Shown one piece after another: positions 18,884 to 31,300 of a stretch of 44,221 nucleotides of DNA (the stretch's first letter is position 1; each line of letters starts with the position of its first letter). The stretch comes from a virus (lineage: Duplodnaviria; Heunggongvirae; Uroviricota; Caudoviricetes): IMG/VR virus record IMGVR_UViG_2721755643_000005; one strand, given 5' to 3'. Under the pieces are notes generated by a model that was not told the origin of the DNA, made no database searches, and worked only from the letters and a program-made list of their open reading frames with translations. The position numbers and the translations under genes are program-made.

Positions 18884-18884
18884 A

Positions 18885-18960
18885 CCACCACTAGCTCATC
18901 CGGATAGAGCATCAACCTTCTAAGTTGACGGTGCGAGGTTCGAGTCCTCGGTGGTGGGCC
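18885..18960 (+). tRNA. tRNA-Arg (anticodon TCT)
   Basis: Acceptor CCACCAC/GTGGTGG, anticodon stem TCAAC/GTTGA with loop CTTCTAA, T-arm CGAGGTTCGAGTCCTCG, 3' CCA. Confidence 0.75.
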
Positions 18961-18962
18961 AG

Positions 18963-19039
<77 letters not shown>

Positions 19040-19042
19040 TAT

Positions 19043-19114
<72 letters not shown>

Positions 19115-19322
19115 AAGTTAAAGTCTTTCAGTCTGCGATGATGGGAAAGCCCGGAGTGACTGAAAGACGTTTGCGTTTTGAATGCTCGTCTTTTTTGCAA
19201 AATTGCTGTGCAGAAATACCAACCTTCGGGCAGGCGATCATTCATAAGCACTCTGCTTTTATTCCAATTAACTGTGGGTGGTTTGTTGGATAGAGTGCTT
19301 TCCTTACTGTAGATTCCGTTGC

Positions 19323-19345
19323 GCCCGCTTTTGCGGGCTTTTTTT
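19323..19345 (+). terminator. Rho-independent terminator upstream of the holin gene
   Basis: GCCCGC TTTT GCGGGC hairpin followed by TTTTTTT. Confidence 0.5.
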
Positions 19346-19405
19346 CAAATCCTTTTCGTCTCTCAGTGTAAAGCTACGCCATCCGTTATTTGCGGAGGTG
19401 AGGTT

Positions 19406-19621
19406 ATGAAATCTATGGACAAAATGTCAACGGGCATTGCCTACGGCACCTCCGCCGGCAGTGCCGGCTACTGGTTTTTACAGTGGCTTGATCAGGTCAG
19501 TCCATCACAGTGGGCTGCGATTGGTGTGCTGGGAAGTCTGGCGCTGGGCTTTCTGACTTATCTGACGAATCTGTATTTCAAAATAAGAGAAGATAAGCGT
19601 AAGGCTGCGAGAGGTGAATAA
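19406..19621 (+). CDS. S: Class II pinholin, phage 21 S-type, dual-start motif MKSMDK
   Basis: 71-aa; near-identical in pattern to recalled S21 ([29 protein letters not shown]...); GGAGGTGAGG SD. Confidence 0.85.
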   Translation: MKSMDKMSTGIAYGTSAGSAGYWFLQWLDQVSPSQWAAIGVLGSLALGFLTYLTNLYFKIREDKRKAARGE

Positions 19622-20118
19622 TGTCGCCATCATTACGCAAGGCTGTTGCAGTTGCTATTGGTGGCGGGGCTGTTGCTATAGCATCTGTGTTAATCACTGG
19701 CCCAGGTGGTAACGATGGTCTGGAAGGTGTCAGCTACATACCATACAAAGATATCATTGGTGTATGGACTGTATGTCACGGACACACCGGAAAAGACATC
19801 ATGCCTGGTAAAACGTATACCGAAGCAGAATGCAAAGCTCTCCTGAATAAAGACCTTGCCACTGTCGCCAGACAAATTAACCCGTACATCAAAGTCGATA
19901 TACCGGAAACAACGCGCGGCGCTCTTTACTCGTTCGTTTACAACGTGGGCGCTGGCAATTTCAGAACATCGACGCTTCTTCGCAAAATAAACCAGGGCGA
20001 TATCAAAGGCGCATGTGACCAGCTACGTCGCTGGACATATGCTGGCGGTAAGCAATGGAAAGGGCTGATGACCCGTCGTGAGATTGAGCGTGAAGTCTGT
20101 TTGTGGGGGCAGCAATGA
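19621..20118 (+). CDS. R: SAR endolysin (lysozyme), phage 21 R-type
   Basis: 165-aa with N-terminal signal-arrest-release segment ([20 protein letters not shown]) and lysozyme catalytic region; overlaps holin stop. Confidence 0.9.
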   Translation: MSPSLRKAVAVAIGGGAVAIASVLITGPGGNDGLEGVSYIPYKDIIGVWTVCHGHTGKDIMPGKTYTEAECKALLNKDLATVARQINPYIKVDIPETTRGALYSFVYNVGAGNFRTSTLLRKINQGDIKGACDQLRRWTYAGGKQWKGLMTRREIEREVCLWGQQ

Positions 20119-20582
20119 GCAGAGTCACCGCGATTATCTCCGCTCTGGTTATCTGCATCATCGTCTGCCTGTCATGGGCTGTTAATCATTACCGTGATAA
20201 CGCCATTACCTACAAAGAGCAGCGCGACAAAAACGCAAGAGAACTGAAGCTGGCGAACGCAACCATTACTGACATGCAGCAGCGCCAGCGTTCTGCTGAT
20301 GCACTCGATGCTAAATACACGAAGGAGTTAGCTGATGCGAAAGCTGAAAATGATGCTCTTCGGCGCAAGCTTGATAATGGTGGTCGGGTGCTCGTCAAAG
20401 GAAAATGCCCTGTGCCATCCTCAGCCGAAACCTCCAGCGCCTCCGGCATGGGCAATGATGCCACCGTCGAACTCTCTCCAGTTGCTGGACGAAACGTTCT
20501 CGGTATCCGGGACGGAATCATCAGCGACCAGACAGCATTGAGAATGCTTCAGGAGTACATCAGGACTCAGTGCCTGAAATAA
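20115..20582 (+). CDS. Rz: Rz i-spanin
   Basis: 156-aa from ATG at 20115; N-terminal TM segment and coiled-coil region; follows endolysin. Confidence 0.75.
   Translation: MSRVTAIISALVICIIVCLSWAVNHYRDNAITYKEQRDKNARELKLANATITDMQQRQRSADALDAKYTKELADAKAENDALRRKLDNGGRVLVKGKCPVPSSAETSSASGMGNDATVELSPVAGRNVLGIRDGIISDQTALRMLQEYIRTQCLK
20335..20541 (+). CDS. Rz1: Rz1 o-spanin lipoprotein, embedded in Rz in the +1 frame
   Basis: 68-aa with lipobox VVGCSS and proline-rich region. Confidence 0.7.
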   Translation: MRKLKMMLFGASLIMVVGCSSKENALCHPQPKPPAPPAWAMMPPSNSLQLLDETFSVSGTESSATRQH

Positions 20583-20614
20583 TTTTTTTGCAAATCACAA
20601 AGTCAATTTAATGA

Positions 20615-20638
20615 GCCTCGCACTTGCGGGGCTTTTAT
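20615..20638 (+). terminator. Rho-independent terminator after the lysis cassette
   Basis: GCCTCGC ACTT GCGGGGC hairpin followed by TTTTAT. Confidence 0.5.
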
Positions 20639-20784
20639 ATGTCCGCAGTAAACCGCGCATCGCAGCGCGTAACAATCCCGAGTCTTTCAGAAAGCTGAGC
20701 CTGAGAACTGCCGTATATGGTGGCGACCATCTCGGGGCGGCTTTTCTGTGCGAACAGGCTCAACTTTCTAAAGGACATACCGAC

Positions 20785-21381
20785 ATGAACAAATCATTAA
20801 CCGTTCTTCCTTCTGGCGAATACCCGACCATGAGCAGTCTTGAGATGGTGGATTACATTAATGCTGATCGGAAATCCAAAGCGGAGGCGGAGGGGCTTGC
20901 GTTCCCCTGTAAGAAATATCGCAAACTCGAACACCGCAGTTTCATGAAGAAAGTACCCAGGGTCCTCGGGGATGCAGCTGCAAAATTTTTTGCAACTGAT
21001 ACCTATATCAACGGAACAGGTGGTGTTGTGGAGAGGGATATTTGCAATTTTCCCAAGCGTGAAGCTTGCCTCATGGCAATGAGCTACAGCTATGAGCTTC
21101 AGGCGCAGGTGTATGACCACATGACGGAGCTTGAGGGCGGGAAGGACATTAACCTCCTCGATTTCTCTGGCCTGACCGATATGGCAATCAGCGAAATGCA
21201 AAACCGTGTCGCGGCTGCTGAGAAGTTCTCATTTGAAATGCACGGTCAAGCAGGTAGCGCTCTCATGACTCGTCGGAAGAAAGAGAAGAAGGCCATTAAA
21301 AAGGCTGAGCAGCTTGTGAAGGATCTGATTCAGTTCAAGCTATGTGACATGGGGGATTTCCCTGATGGTAAACCAGCATGA
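20785..21381 (+). CDS. Rha/Ant-like regulatory protein (second paralogue)
   Basis: 198-aa from ATG at 20785 (AAAGGA SD); Rha-like pattern MSSLEMVDYINADRK ... REACLMAMSYS; the upstream ATG at 20611 lies inside the terminator hairpin and is rejected. Confidence 0.45.
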   Translation: MNKSLTVLPSGEYPTMSSLEMVDYINADRKSKAEAEGLAFPCKKYRKLEHRSFMKKVPRVLGDAAAKFFATDTYINGTGGVVERDICNFPKREACLMAMSYSYELQAQVYDHMTELEGGKDINLLDFSGLTDMAISEMQNRVAAAEKFSFEMHGQAGSALMTRRKKEKKAIKKAEQLVKDLIQFKLCDMGDFPDGKPA

Positions 21382-21590
21382 CTCCGATTGATTTCATACA
21401 TAAAAATGTAACAACCGAGTTAATAAAGCTTGGGTACGACCAGAACGCGGCTATGACTGGCGCTGACATGGCGGTGGAGCATTACCGCCGTTGTTCACAA
21501 GCCAGCAGAAAAGGCCGAGTTTTCGATGACTGCCTGTACATTGCAAAACAGTGGGCAGGTAGGCAGAAAAGGGAAAAAATGACAACCTGA
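21378..21590 (+). CDS. Hypothetical small protein
   Basis: 70-aa ORF whose ATG overlaps the upstream stop. Confidence 0.4.
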   Translation: MTPIDFIHKNVTTELIKLGYDQNAAMTGADMAVEHYRRCSQASRKGRVFDDCLYIAKQWAGRQKREKMTT

Positions 21591-21713
21591 GAGCTACTTT
21601 CACAACGGCTCTTCATTACAAAGCCTATCTACGGGTGGGCTTGATAATGGCTTATACCCTACACGGGATAACTTAACTGATATCCCTTTTAACGGATAAA
21701 CGGAGCACAAATA

Positions 21714-22268
21714 ATGGCAAAGCTCACCGACAAACAAGAGCTGTTTGCCCGTGAGTACCTGAAAGATCTCAATGCCACGCAAGCAGCCATCAGGGCGGGT
21801 TACAGTGAGGATTCTGCCGCCGTACAAGGATGCAAAAACCTAATAAAAGCTAATATCGCAAAGCGCATTGCTGAGCTTAAAGCCGAGCGAAACGAAGAGG
21901 TAGGTATAGATGCCGCTTATGTTCTTCGTAGATTGGTTGAAATCGACCAGATGGATGTGCTCGACATTCTCCTGCAAAACGGTGAGCTAAAGCCCATTAA
22001 AGACTGGCCTAAGGTATGGCGCACAACGCTATCAGGAATGGATGTCGTGGAGATGGTATCCGCAGATAGCGCCGCACTTCTGAAGAAAATCAAATGGCCT
22101 GATAAGGTTAAAAACCTTGAGTTGCTTGGGCGCCATGTTTCTGTTCAGGCGTTTAAAGACAACGTCAAAAATGAAGTGACTGGCGCTGATGGAGGACCAG
22201 TCAGAACAGAAATTACCAAATTAACGCCTGAGCAGGCCGCAGAGGTGTATAGAAAAATGATGGGCTAA
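21714..22268 (+). CDS. Terminase small subunit
   Basis: 184-aa; N-terminal [29 protein letters not shown] typical of terminase small subunits; directly precedes large subunit. Confidence 0.75.
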   Translation: MAKLTDKQELFAREYLKDLNATQAAIRAGYSEDSAAVQGCKNLIKANIAKRIAELKAERNEEVGIDAAYVLRRLVEIDQMDVLDILLQNGELKPIKDWPKVWRTTLSGMDVVEMVSADSAALLKKIKWPDKVKNLELLGRHVSVQAFKDNVKNEVTGADGGPVRTEITKLTPEQAAEVYRKMMG

Positions 22269-22270
22269 GT

Positions 22271-23890
22271 ATGCCGTTACCATTCCCCTTCGATTTTAAA
22301 CATCCTGATTACCAGATGGTTTTTGAATGGCGGATGGAACGCCTACAGCGCATTCGCCAGAATCCTGAAATATTGCCTGCACTAAAACAGTTTTACCGTA
22401 CCAACCCGGCTCAGTTCATTATCGACTGGGGCATGACAACGGACCCGCGTAATATTGATTATGGCCTGCCGGTGACCATTCCGTTTTTACTCTTCCCTAA
22501 GCAGGAGGAGTGGATCCACTGGATTATGGAACGCTGGAGCAATCGGGAGAATGGTATTACCGAAAAATCCCGTGAAATGGGGCTCAGTTGGACCGCGATC
22601 GGACTGGCCTGCTCGCTTTGTCTCTTCAACAAAGAAATGGTTATCGGTTTCGGCTCCCGTAAAGAGGAATACGTCGACAGCACCGGTGACCCGAAAGCAT
22701 TGTTCTGGAAGGCGCGCAAGTTCGTGGAAACTCTACCTGTAGAGTTTCGCGGTTCGTGGAGCGAGAAGAAGCACGCGCCATATATGCGTGTTGAGTTTCC
22801 TGAAACTGGCGCGGTTATCAAAGGTGAGGCTGGCGATAATATCGGTCGTGGTGACCGTACGACCCTTTATCTTGTGGATGAGGCTGCTTTTCTCCTGCGA
22901 CCATTACTTATTGATGCCGCGCTTTCTCAGACAACCCGATGTCGTATCGATCTCTCATCGGTTAACGGCATGAACAACCCCTTCGCACAGAAGCGGCACA
23001 GTGGAAAAATCCCGGTGTTTACGTTTCACTGGCGTAGCGATCCGCGTAAAGACGATGAGTGGTATCACAAGGAGTGCGAGAAAATTGATAACCCAGTCAT
23101 CGTTGCCCAGGAACTGGATCTTAATTACCAGGCATCAGCAGAAGGCATCCTGATCCCCTCAGAATGGGTACAGGCTGCGGTTGATGCACATATCAGACTG
23201 GGCATTCAGCCCGGCGGCCAACGGCTTGGTGCAATGGATGTCGCCGACGAAGGGCGGGATAAAAACGCCTGTTCGCTCCGTTATGGCATCCTGCTGAATG
23301 ACGTACAGGAGTGGTCAGGTAAGGGGAGTGACATCTATGACTCTGTGGTTAAGGTTTTTGGTCTGTGCGATGACTTTGGTGCCGATGAGTTTCGCTTTGA
23401 TGAGGACGGATTGGGTGCTGGCGTTCGTGGTGATGCGCGCGCTATCAACGAACTGCGTGAAGCGGAGGGCATCTGTCAAATCACCGCCACTCCATTCCGG
23501 GGCAGCGGGAGCGTGTTTCATCCTGAAAATGAAGCTGTTCCCGGTGATAATGGTAAACCGGCTCGTCTGAATAAGGACTTTTTTGTCAATGCCAAAGCCC
23601 AGGGGTGGTGGCATCTTCGCAAATTATTCCGCAATACATTTCGTGCACTACAGGGTATGGAGTATGACCCGGATGAGATTATTTCCATCAGCAGCACAAT
23701 GGAAAATAAAGACCGGCTGTTGATGGAGCTGTCACAACCTACCTGGTCAAAAAATGCCACCGGAAAAATTCTTGTGGATAAGCAACCTGACGGAACGAAA
23801 TCTCCAAACCTGGCTGATTCTGTGATGATTGCTTATGCCCCGATGGAAATGCCCATCGTAATTTCTGATGACTTTATGGAGTGGATCTGA
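22271..23890 (+). CDS. Terminase large subunit
   Basis: 539-aa; Walker B-like LYLVDEAAF; position between small subunit and portal. Confidence 0.8.
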   Translation: MPLPFPFDFKHPDYQMVFEWRMERLQRIRQNPEILPALKQFYRTNPAQFIIDWGMTTDPRNIDYGLPVTIPFLLFPKQEEWIHWIMERWSNRENGITEKSREMGLSWTAIGLACSLCLFNKEMVIGFGSRKEEYVDSTGDPKALFWKARKFVETLPVEFRGSWSEKKHAPYMRVEFPETGAVIKGEAGDNIGRGDRTTLYLVDEAAFLLRPLLIDAALSQTTRCRIDLSSVNGMNNPFAQKRHSGKIPVFTFHWRSDPRKDDEWYHKECEKIDNPVIVAQELDLNYQASAEGILIPSEWVQAAVDAHIRLGIQPGGQRLGAMDVADEGRDKNACSLRYGILLNDVQEWSGKGSDIYDSVVKVFGLCDDFGADEFRFDEDGLGAGVRGDARAINELREAEGICQITATPFRGSGSVFHPENEAVPGDNGKPARLNKDFFVNAKAQGWWHLRKLFRNTFRALQGMEYDPDEIISISSTMENKDRLLMELSQPTWSKNATGKILVDKQPDGTKSPNLADSVMIAYAPMEMPIVISDDFMEWI

Positions 23891-25431
23891 TGTGGCCGTT
23901 TAAACGAAAAGAACCGTCAGCGCCGGCGGTACCGGACAAACAACCTGAACCACAGCCACCGGAAATTAACGATGAGGTGATCGCTTCCGTCCGGCAGAAA
24001 CCACGGAGGGAGTTTGTTCGCTATGAGCCACCACCGGGCGTTATCCCGGCACCGGTTCGCGATGCTGTGCTGGCAATGGATGCAACACCGTATGACACCC
24101 TGAACAGTCATTATCCTGATTTTGTTTATGGTGGTTTCCCGGGCTATCCGTATCTGGCACTTCAGGCGCAGTTACCGGAGTACCGGCGTATGGTCAGTGT
24201 GCTTGCCGAGGAGATGACCCGTAAGTGGATAAAGGTTAAGGCGGTCGGAGAAGGGGACGACAGCCACGCGTCACGCATAGCGCAGCTTACTGACGCACTG
24301 GAGCACTATAACGTACAGGACGTTTTCAGACTGGCGATTGAGCACGACGGCTTTTTCGGGCGAGGGCAGATTTATATTGATGTGCGTTCGCCATCGGGTA
24401 TATCTGCCTGGACTGACCCGGCGGAGCTGGGATCCGGACTGTTTATTTCCGACAAAAAAATCCCGAAAGGTTCCCTGCTGGGGCTTCGTGTTATTGAACC
24501 CGTCTGGACGTATCCGGGTATATATAACGCGGATAATCCGCTGAGTGATGATTTTTACCGTCCGTCCGAATGGTACGTAATGGGAAAAACGGTTCACGCC
24601 AGCCGCATGATTGATCTGATCTCCCGTCCGGTTCCGGACATGCTGAAGCCGGCCTACAACTTTGGCGGCCTGTCACTGGTTCAGATTGCTGAGCCTTATG
24701 TTGATAACTGGCTGCGAACACGCGACAGCGTGGGCGATATGCTGCATTCGTTTTCGCTGAGCGGGATTAAGACGGATATGACACAGGTATTAAGTGGTAA
24801 AAGGGACCCGAATTACGCAAAACGCGCGGAGTTGTTTAACCGTACCCGTGATAATCGCGGGCTGCTGATGCTGGACAAGACGAACGAAGAGTTTTTCCAG
24901 TTCAACACTCCCCTGAGCGGCCTCGACACCCTTCAGGCGCAGGCACAGGAACACATGTTCTTTGTCAGTGCCATACCGTCCGTAAAATTCGCCGGGCTGA
25001 GCCCAACGGGACTGAATGCGTCGAGTGAGGGTGAAATCCGGGTGTTTTACGACACCATTGCTGCACTTGCCACCCGTCTTCTGAAGAAACCGCTGAAAAA
25101 GGTGCTGGATATTATCCAGTTGTCTGAGTTCGGCGATATCGATCCTGATATCACGTTTGAATTTGAACCCCTGCATGAGCTGACGCGCGAGCAACTGGCG
25201 AATATCCGTAAAACTGAGGCGGAAACGGATCAGATTTATGAGAGCACCGGAGCAGTGACCAATAACGAAGTACGCGAACGGCTGGCGACTGCGCAGGACA
25301 GCCCGTACAGCGGTATTGACCTGAGCGGGGACATCGAAATTGACGACACTGAAATTGACAACACCGAAGAAAATCCGCCGCAAGGCCCGAATGCAGACCC
25401 TGAGGCGGATTTCACCCAACGCGGGGATTGA
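23890..25431 (+). CDS. Portal protein
   Basis: 513-aa from ATG at 23890 overlapping terL stop (TGATG); size and position; acidic C-terminal tail. Confidence 0.7.
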   Translation: MWPFKRKEPSAPAVPDKQPEPQPPEINDEVIASVRQKPRREFVRYEPPPGVIPAPVRDAVLAMDATPYDTLNSHYPDFVYGGFPGYPYLALQAQLPEYRRMVSVLAEEMTRKWIKVKAVGEGDDSHASRIAQLTDALEHYNVQDVFRLAIEHDGFFGRGQIYIDVRSPSGISAWTDPAELGSGLFISDKKIPKGSLLGLRVIEPVWTYPGIYNADNPLSDDFYRPSEWYVMGKTVHASRMIDLISRPVPDMLKPAYNFGGLSLVQIAEPYVDNWLRTRDSVGDMLHSFSLSGIKTDMTQVLSGKRDPNYAKRAELFNRTRDNRGLLMLDKTNEEFFQFNTPLSGLDTLQAQAQEHMFFVSAIPSVKFAGLSPTGLNASSEGEIRVFYDTIAALATRLLKKPLKKVLDIIQLSEFGDIDPDITFEFEPLHELTREQLANIRKTEAETDQIYESTGAVTNNEVRERLATAQDSPYSGIDLSGDIEIDDTEIDNTEENPPQGPNADPEADFTQRGD

Positions 25432-26161
25432 GGCCTGGTACCGCAGACAACTGGATAATGCCGTCAGTGGGATGCACAACAGTGTACTTTACTGGCTGCG
25501 GGCTGAGTACCGTAAAACAGACCTCGCGCAGGATGCGTCCCCCGTTAACCTGATGCGTGGTGCCATGCAGCAACTTGCCCGGCGCTGGCAGAAAAATTTT
25601 GACGAAATGGCCCTGCGGCTGGCGAGGCGGTTTGCCGGTGATGTCCTGAAAAACAGCGATGCGTCACTGTACACTGCGCTCCGTGATGCCGGGTTTACGG
25701 TTCCTTTCCGTATGACAACGGAGATGAATACCGCACTTCAGGCCAGCATCACGGAGAATGTGAACCTCATTCGCTCCATCCCGCAGCAACATCTCACCCA
25801 GGTGGAAACACTGGTCATGCAGTCTGTTGGCCGGGGACGTGACCTGAAAACGCTGACCGATGAACTGGAAAAACGTTACGGCATCACACGACGGCGCGCG
25901 GCGCTGATTGCCCGCGACCAGAACAATAAGGCAACGTCGGTAATGCAGGCCGCCAGACAGCGTTCGGTGGGTATCACTGAAGGTGTCTGGAGGCATTCCC
26001 GCGCGGGTAAAACATGGCGTCCGTCGCATGTGAAGGCGAACGGTAAACGGTTTGACCTGCGAAAGGGGATGTTTCTGGATGGTAAGTGGGTACTGCCGGG
26101 CGAAGAAATCAACTGCCGGTGTGGCTGGGAGGCCGTTATTCCCGGACTGGAGAAAAAATGA
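25391..26161 (+). CDS. Head morphogenesis protein (Mu F / SPP1 gp7-like)
   Basis: About 256-aa; start uncertain (ATG 25391 or 25472; TTG 25340); overlaps the portal 3' end. Confidence 0.55.
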   Translation: MQTLRRISPNAGIEAWYRRQLDNAVSGMHNSVLYWLRAEYRKTDLAQDASPVNLMRGAMQQLARRWQKNFDEMALRLARRFAGDVLKNSDASLYTALRDAGFTVPFRMTTEMNTALQASITENVNLIRSIPQQHLTQVETLVMQSVGRGRDLKTLTDELEKRYGITRRRAALIARDQNNKATSVMQAARQRSVGITEGVWRHSRAGKTWRPSHVKANGKRFDLRKGMFLDGKWVLPGEEINCRCGWEAVIPGLEKK

Positions 26162-27507
26162 TTATTACCGAAATGCTGGCGTTTGACCGGGCATCGGTAA
26201 GGCAGTTCGATAAAGTCGGTCGCCTCCAGATTGAGCGCAGTAATCTCAGCAAGGCGAACGTCTGCGGTTATTTCGGGTATGAAATACCGGGGGCGGAAGC
26301 GCTGGGACTCGACCCCAAAAAACTTTATCAGCTTTACCGTGACCCCGATGAACTGCGCAAGGCAGTTTCAACCTTCAACAATATTCCCGTCCTGTGCCGA
26401 CACAAACCCGATTATCCGGGCGCGCCCGCGCGCGAGTACCGGGTGGGGACGACTCATGCCAACAGCGAGTTTGACGGTACCTATCTGGTTAACGGCATGT
26501 CCATCTGGGACAACTCCGCCATCGCGGGGATAGAAACGGATGAACAACGGGAAATCTCATCGTCATATGCCTATGTGGCAGATATGACGCCGGGAACCAC
26601 CCCCGACGGTGAGCCGTATGACGGCGTTATGCGGAATATCGTGGGAAATCATGTGGCCCTGGTCGGCGATGGCCGGGTAGGGTCGGACTGTCTTGTTATG
26701 GACTCTCTCCCTCAGGAGCTAAAACGCATGAAACTGAGTAAAAAAGAAGTGGCGGTGCTTACCGCGCTGGGAACCTATCTTGCGCCGCGTCTGGCGCAGG
26801 ATGCGGCTCCCGGGGATTTGTTACGCCTGATGGCGCAGTATAAGCGTCCGGCAGCTATCGCCAGCGCGGTAAAAACTGCTTACAGCGAACGGCTGGCACA
26901 GGATATGGATATTGAACCGGCGGAGCTGGCGCAACTGATGGAATCAGCAGAAGCCGTACCGGAGCTGGTCGGGGATGATGATACCGGGTTAACTGACGAG
27001 TCGAAGGCATTTGATACCGACAGCCCGATGGAAAGTGTACTGGCGTTGCTGTCCGGCAAAGTTCCTGATGATGTGCTGGAAAAAATTAAATCCGCACTGT
27101 CTCCGACAACCGACGAAGCCCCCGAAACAAAAGAGGCTGATGTGAAACCCGACGATGTGAAAGTCGATAAACCTGCGATGGATGCAGCAATCAGGCTGGC
27201 AACTGACCAGGCAACGAAACGGGCTGCTGAAAATTTCCGCGCCGTCCGTGTGGCTGAAGCTGAAGTGCGACCGCTGATTGGCGATGTGGTGGCGATGGAC
27301 TGCGCCGAAGATGTTTACCGTACCGCGCTGGAACAGACGGGGATCGATATCCAGGGTATTCACCCCGGTGCGTACCGCAGCATGGTGAAGTTTGCCGTTG
27401 AGCAGAAGCAGACGGCCAAATCCTCTCCCCGTGTGGCGATGGATCAGGCCAGCGCATCGACGTTTGCGGCAGATTTCCCCGGTGCAAAACTGAAACGAGG
27501 TTACTGA
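26158..27507 (+). CDS. Putative scaffold/prohead protease-like protein (DUF2213-like)
   Basis: 449-aa from ATG at 26158 after GGAGAAAAA; position between morphogenesis and capsid genes. Confidence 0.5.
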   Translation: MIITEMLAFDRASVRQFDKVGRLQIERSNLSKANVCGYFGYEIPGAEALGLDPKKLYQLYRDPDELRKAVSTFNNIPVLCRHKPDYPGAPAREYRVGTTHANSEFDGTYLVNGMSIWDNSAIAGIETDEQREISSSYAYVADMTPGTTPDGEPYDGVMRNIVGNHVALVGDGRVGSDCLVMDSLPQELKRMKLSKKEVAVLTALGTYLAPRLAQDAAPGDLLRLMAQYKRPAAIASAVKTAYSERLAQDMDIEPAELAQLMESAEAVPELVGDDDTGLTDESKAFDTDSPMESVLALLSGKVPDDVLEKIKSALSPTTDEAPETKEADVKPDDVKVDKPAMDAAIRLATDQATKRAAENFRAVRVAEAEVRPLIGDVVAMDCAEDVYRTALEQTGIDIQGIHPGAYRSMVKFAVEQKQTAKSSPRVAMDQASASTFAADFPGAKLKRGY

Positions 27508-27508
27508 T

Positions 27509-27991
27509 ATGAATACTTTTCAGACACACATGAACCAGTACCCGGCACCGGGTATTCCGGGGGCGTTTGCCAGTGCTAACCCTCATGCCTCGTATGTGGC
27601 GGGAGATGGCGGGCTGATTACCGGCCCTGACGGGCTGGTAATTGCCCGGTTTGCCTGGGTAACCAAAGGTGTTGCCGCTAATAAGGGGGCCGGCGCACCG
27701 GCGGGTTTTGTTCCTCGTGACGGGCAGGCTTCCATTGTGGAATGGCTGGCCGGGGACTCGAACACCATTTATCCGGGGCGTGAATGCACCCTGATGGTGT
27801 CGGGGGATTTCTGGGCGCTGACCACCACTACTGCGACGATCGGGCAGAAAGTATTTGCCTCACTGGCCACCGGGGAGATAGCCACGGGGGCGGCTGGCAC
27901 CTCGATGGCGGGGTTTGTCGAAACCTGGTTTTCCGTTGCCAGCGCTGCGGCGGCAAAAGAAGTCATTAAGATCAGTACCTGGAGCAAATAA
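27509..27991 (+). CDS. Head structural/decoration protein
   Basis: 160-aa Gly/Ala-rich ORF immediately upstream of major capsid gene. Confidence 0.45.
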   Translation: MNTFQTHMNQYPAPGIPGAFASANPHASYVAGDGGLITGPDGLVIARFAWVTKGVAANKGAGAPAGFVPRDGQASIVEWLAGDSNTIYPGRECTLMVSGDFWALTTTTATIGQKVFASLATGEIATGAAGTSMAGFVETWFSVASAAAAKEVIKISTWSK

Positions 27992-29019
27992 TGAATAAAT
28001 TTAAACAGCATTATGCGACGGCAAGTCGCGACTACGGGATTATTCTTCCCGGAGCACAGGCTTATTTGCCGAAGGAGTACGCCGCCGATTACGGACTGGC
28101 GATGGACGCGCAGCCTGCGCTGGTCACAGCGGCTAACAGTGGTATCCCTGCGTATTTCACCAATTACGTTGAGCCAGAACTGATCCGCGTGCTGGTGACG
28201 CCGATGAAAGCCGCTCAGATTCTGGGCGAAACCAAAAAAGGTGACTGGACGACACTGTCGGCACAATTCCCGATTGCAGAATCTGACGGGGAGGTGAGTT
28301 CCTACGGGGATTACAGCAACAACGGGGTGGTAAGCGCAAACGTCAACTGGGTACCGCGCCAGAGCTATCACTTCCAGACCTTCACCGTATGGGGCGAACG
28401 TGAGCTGGAGATGTACGGCGCAGCCCGTATTGGCTGGGCGGCAGAGCTGAACGTGGCGTCAGCACTGACGCTGAATAAGTTCCAGAATAAGTCCTATTTC
28501 TACGGTATTGCCGGACTGACGAACTACGGTTTGCTGAATGATCCGTCGTTATCTGCACCAATCACCCCGGATACCGTTGATGGTAAACTGAAGTGGGACG
28601 ACAAGGACGGACAGGGCGTGTATGACGATATCGTGAAACTCTTTAAGCAACTGGTGAAACAGACTAACGGTCATATTGAGCGTACCGACAAAATGAAACT
28701 GTGCATGTCGCCGCTGGCAGAGGTGAACCTCACCAAAACAAACCAGTACAGGGTTAACGTGTCCGATCTGCTGGCGAAAAATTTCCCGGCGATGACCATT
28801 GAAACGGCGGTGGAATACACCTCTGACGCTGGCGAGCTGGTACAGCTTATCGCGGAGCGTCTGGGTGAACAGGATACAGGCTATTGCGCTTTCACTGAAA
28901 AAATGCGCGCCCATGCGGTAGTGGCAGATACGTCTTCCTGGAAACAGAAAAAATCCGCTGGTACCTGGGGGGCGATTATTCGCCAGCCGCTGGCGTATGC
29001 ACAAATGCTGGGGGTGTGA
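27991..29019 (+). CDS. Major capsid protein
   Basis: 342-aa ORF in the canonical position. Confidence 0.7.
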   Translation: MNKFKQHYATASRDYGIILPGAQAYLPKEYAADYGLAMDAQPALVTAANSGIPAYFTNYVEPELIRVLVTPMKAAQILGETKKGDWTTLSAQFPIAESDGEVSSYGDYSNNGVVSANVNWVPRQSYHFQTFTVWGERELEMYGAARIGWAAELNVASALTLNKFQNKSYFYGIAGLTNYGLLNDPSLSAPITPDTVDGKLKWDDKDGQGVYDDIVKLFKQLVKQTNGHIERTDKMKLCMSPLAEVNLTKTNQYRVNVSDLLAKNFPAMTIETAVEYTSDAGELVQLIAERLGEQDTGYCAFTEKMRAHAVVADTSSWKQKKSAGTWGAIIRQPLAYAQMLGV

Positions 29020-29022
29020 GTT

Positions 29023-29370
29023 ATGGCTGAAATGGTAACAGTGGGCTGCAAACTGCCGAACGGTCTGGTGCTGGAAGTGGGTCAGAAACGGGTTCAGGTG
29101 GCAGGCTGGCGGAATAACGCGGTTAAAATTGTGGGGGGCTATGGTCTGACGCAGGTCGATAAGGTGTTTTTTGACGCCTGGCTGGCGGAGCACGGACAGC
29201 AACCTTATGTGAAAAATGGCGTTATTTTTGCGCAGGATAAGGCGAACAGTGCAGTCTCGCAGGCTACGGAGCAGAAAGCCGTTAAATCCGGCCTTGAACC
29301 GCTGCCGCAGAAAAATCCGGCTCCGGGCGTTAACCGCAATGATGAAGTGATGGGTAAACCTCAGGAGTAA
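29023..29370 (+). CDS. Hypothetical head-associated protein
   Basis: 115-aa ORF. Confidence 0.4.
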   Translation: MAEMVTVGCKLPNGLVLEVGQKRVQVAGWRNNAVKIVGGYGLTQVDKVFFDAWLAEHGQQPYVKNGVIFAQDKANSAVSQATEQKAVKSGLEPLPQKNPAPGVNRNDEVMGKPQE

Positions 29371-29375
29371 ACGCT

Positions 29376-29834
29376 ATGGGTACGGTGACGTTTGACTGTC
29401 GGATGTTTGTCAGTCTGTACCCGGAGTTTTCCACGGTGACACCGGAGCTACTGACGGCGGTGTTTAACCAGGCGACCGCGTTGTACCTGGATAACACGGA
29501 CGACAGTCCGGTTACCGACCTGAAGGAGCGGGAACAGCTTCTGTTCCTGCTGGTTGCGCATCTGTGCGCATTGCGGGGGCTGGGAAACGGGAGAGACGGG
29601 CAGGCTGGTCTGGTGGGGCGTATCACCAGTGCGTCGGAAGGTTCTGTATCGGTATCGGTGGATAATAGCGGCAGTAATGATGCGTCGTGGTGGTATCTCC
29701 AGACCCCCTGGGGTGCTGACTACTGGCAGGCGACAGCGCCATACCGCTCAATGCAGTATCATTCCGGGGGGTCACCTTCGCGATATCCGGGGCATTATTA
29801 CCGGGGATACGGGAGGGGCGTCGATGGTAAATAA
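29376..29834 (+). CDS. Putative head-tail connector/head completion protein
   Basis: 152-aa ORF; position. Confidence 0.4.
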   Translation: MGTVTFDCRMFVSLYPEFSTVTPELLTAVFNQATALYLDNTDDSPVTDLKEREQLLFLLVAHLCALRGLGNGRDGQAGLVGRITSASEGSVSVSVDNSGSNDASWWYLQTPWGADYWQATAPYRSMQYHSGGSPSRYPGHYYRGYGRGVDGK

Positions 29835-30408
29835 AGTCACAGGTGGCAAACAGTTCCGGCAGAAGCTGAAACAGGTTGCCGCGAACCTTTCATTGGGTAA
29901 AAAACTCAAAGTGGGTTTTCTTGAGGGAGCAACTTACCCTGACGGTACGTCAGTGGCTTATATTGCCGCAGTTCAGGAGTTTGGTGGAAGAGCGGTCATA
30001 CCCGCCCGTGAGCAGACGCTCCACTTTCGCTATAACGAAAAAACGGGAGAAACCGGGCACCGCTTTGTCAAAGCCGGTAAAGGGAATTTTGTTCAGGATG
30101 TGGTTATTCCTGAGCACACGGTCACCATTCCCCCCCGTCCGTTCTTCCGTAAGATGATCGAACATAAAAGTCCCGAATGGGGCGAAAAAATGGCGACCTT
30201 ATTACGGGCGAATGATTTTGATACTGCGACCGCTCTGGTGTGTATGGGAGAACATATCAAAGGGCAGTTGCAGATGTCTGTTCGCGACTGGGAAAGTCCG
30301 CCCAACGCTGCATCCACTGCCCGGCAAAAGGGTTTTAACAACCCGCTTATTGAAACCGGACATATGATGGACAGCGTTGATTATTCTGTAGACGGGGGCA
30401 AAAAATGA
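29824..30408 (+). CDS. Putative virion morphogenesis/neck protein
   Basis: 194-aa from ATG at 29824 after GGGAGGGG. Confidence 0.4.
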   Translation: MVNKVTGGKQFRQKLKQVAANLSLGKKLKVGFLEGATYPDGTSVAYIAAVQEFGGRAVIPAREQTLHFRYNEKTGETGHRFVKAGKGNFVQDVVIPEHTVTIPPRPFFRKMIEHKSPEWGEKMATLLRANDFDTATALVCMGEHIKGQLQMSVRDWESPPNAASTARQKGFNNPLIETGHMMDSVDYSVDGGKK

Positions 30409-30770
30409 ACTTTCACGGTATTGTTTCCGGCGCAGTACGTCGGGTAAATCCCTTTACAGACGCGCTGGTTTATCGTTCCCGCGGGAGTACACAGCAGGCA
30501 GATTATTCCCGCGTACCTGAGTATGAAGATCCGGTTTCCGTCAGGGTGCAAAAGCAGGCTGTCACCCAGGCTGATTTACGTCATCTTGATAATCTTAACC
30601 AGCAGGGAGTTTTCGCCACATTGTATACCGATGGTAACTGGTGCGGGCTTAACCGTGCCCGGCAACAGGGAGGCGATAAATTTGTTATTGGCGATGAAAC
30701 GTGGCTGGTGATTGAGGTACCGGAAATCTGGCCTGACTGGACGAGGGTTATTGTATGCCTTCAGGTGTGA
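30405..30770 (+). CDS. Hypothetical neck/tail completion protein
   Basis: 121-aa ORF overlapping neighbours. Confidence 0.4.
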   Translation: MNFHGIVSGAVRRVNPFTDALVYRSRGSTQQADYSRVPEYEDPVSVRVQKQAVTQADLRHLDNLNQQGVFATLYTDGNWCGLNRARQQGGDKFVIGDETWLVIEVPEIWPDWTRVIVCLQV

Positions 30771-31300
30771 CCCTCTCCGTTACGGAAAGCGCTCTTTATC
30801 AGGCCCTCGGTGATTATCTCCGGGGGCTTTTTTCTGATGCCGGGATTGAACGAACGCAGCAGAACCAGGTCCCGATGCCTCAGGGGAATTTCATCACCAT
30901 GACGGGCATTGATGTTACCGGATTATCCACTGCGGTAGTGGCATATTCTGCGCCAGCGCAGGCTGGTGAGGGCTCTCAGCATATCACCCGTACCACAAAA
31001 TGGCGTTGCCAGCTTGATTTCTACGGCCCTCACGCGGCAGATAACGCGCAGGTGCTGGCAACGCTTTTCCGGTCTGAATTTTCCGTACGGCTTTTCCGGC
31101 AGGGCGGTGGGCTGATTTCCCCGCTGTATTGCTCAGAGCCCTTTAACACCACATTCCCCAACGGTCAGCAACAGTATGAACCGCGCTGGACGCTTGATAT
31201 TCAGATGCAGATTAACCCTGTGGTCACAACTTCCCTGATGTTTTTTGACAACGTGATCACCCGGACAACGGAGGCTGATAATGCCAATTCCACTCAGTAA
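30755..31300 (+). CDS. Hypothetical tail-associated protein
   Basis: 181-aa ORF. Confidence 0.4.
   Translation: MPSGVTLSVTESALYQALGDYLRGLFSDAGIERTQQNQVPMPQGNFITMTGIDVTGLSTAVVAYSAPAQAGEGSQHITRTTKWRCQLDFYGPHAADNAQVLATLFRSEFSVRLFRQGGGLISPLYCSEPFNTTFPNGQQQYEPRWTLDIQMQINPVVTTSLMFFDNVITRTTEADNANSTQ

Noticed and set aside
20611-20784. Upstream ATG extending the late-region Rha-like ORF to 256 aa
   Set aside because: The ATG lies inside the terminator hairpin after Rz; the internal ATG at 20785 with an AAAGGA RBS is the more plausible start.
25300-25420. Short tandem DNA repeats (gaaattgac...)
   Set aside because: Encode acidic [13 protein letters not shown] repeats at the portal C-terminus; not a CRISPR array. 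No repeat-spacer array was seen anywhere in the window.
24790-25479. 229-aa minus-strand ORF
   Set aside because: Antisense within the portal gene; shadow ORF in a high-GC region.
27769-29202. 200-aa and 217-aa minus-strand ORFs
   Set aside because: Antisense within head-decoration and major capsid genes; shadow ORFs.
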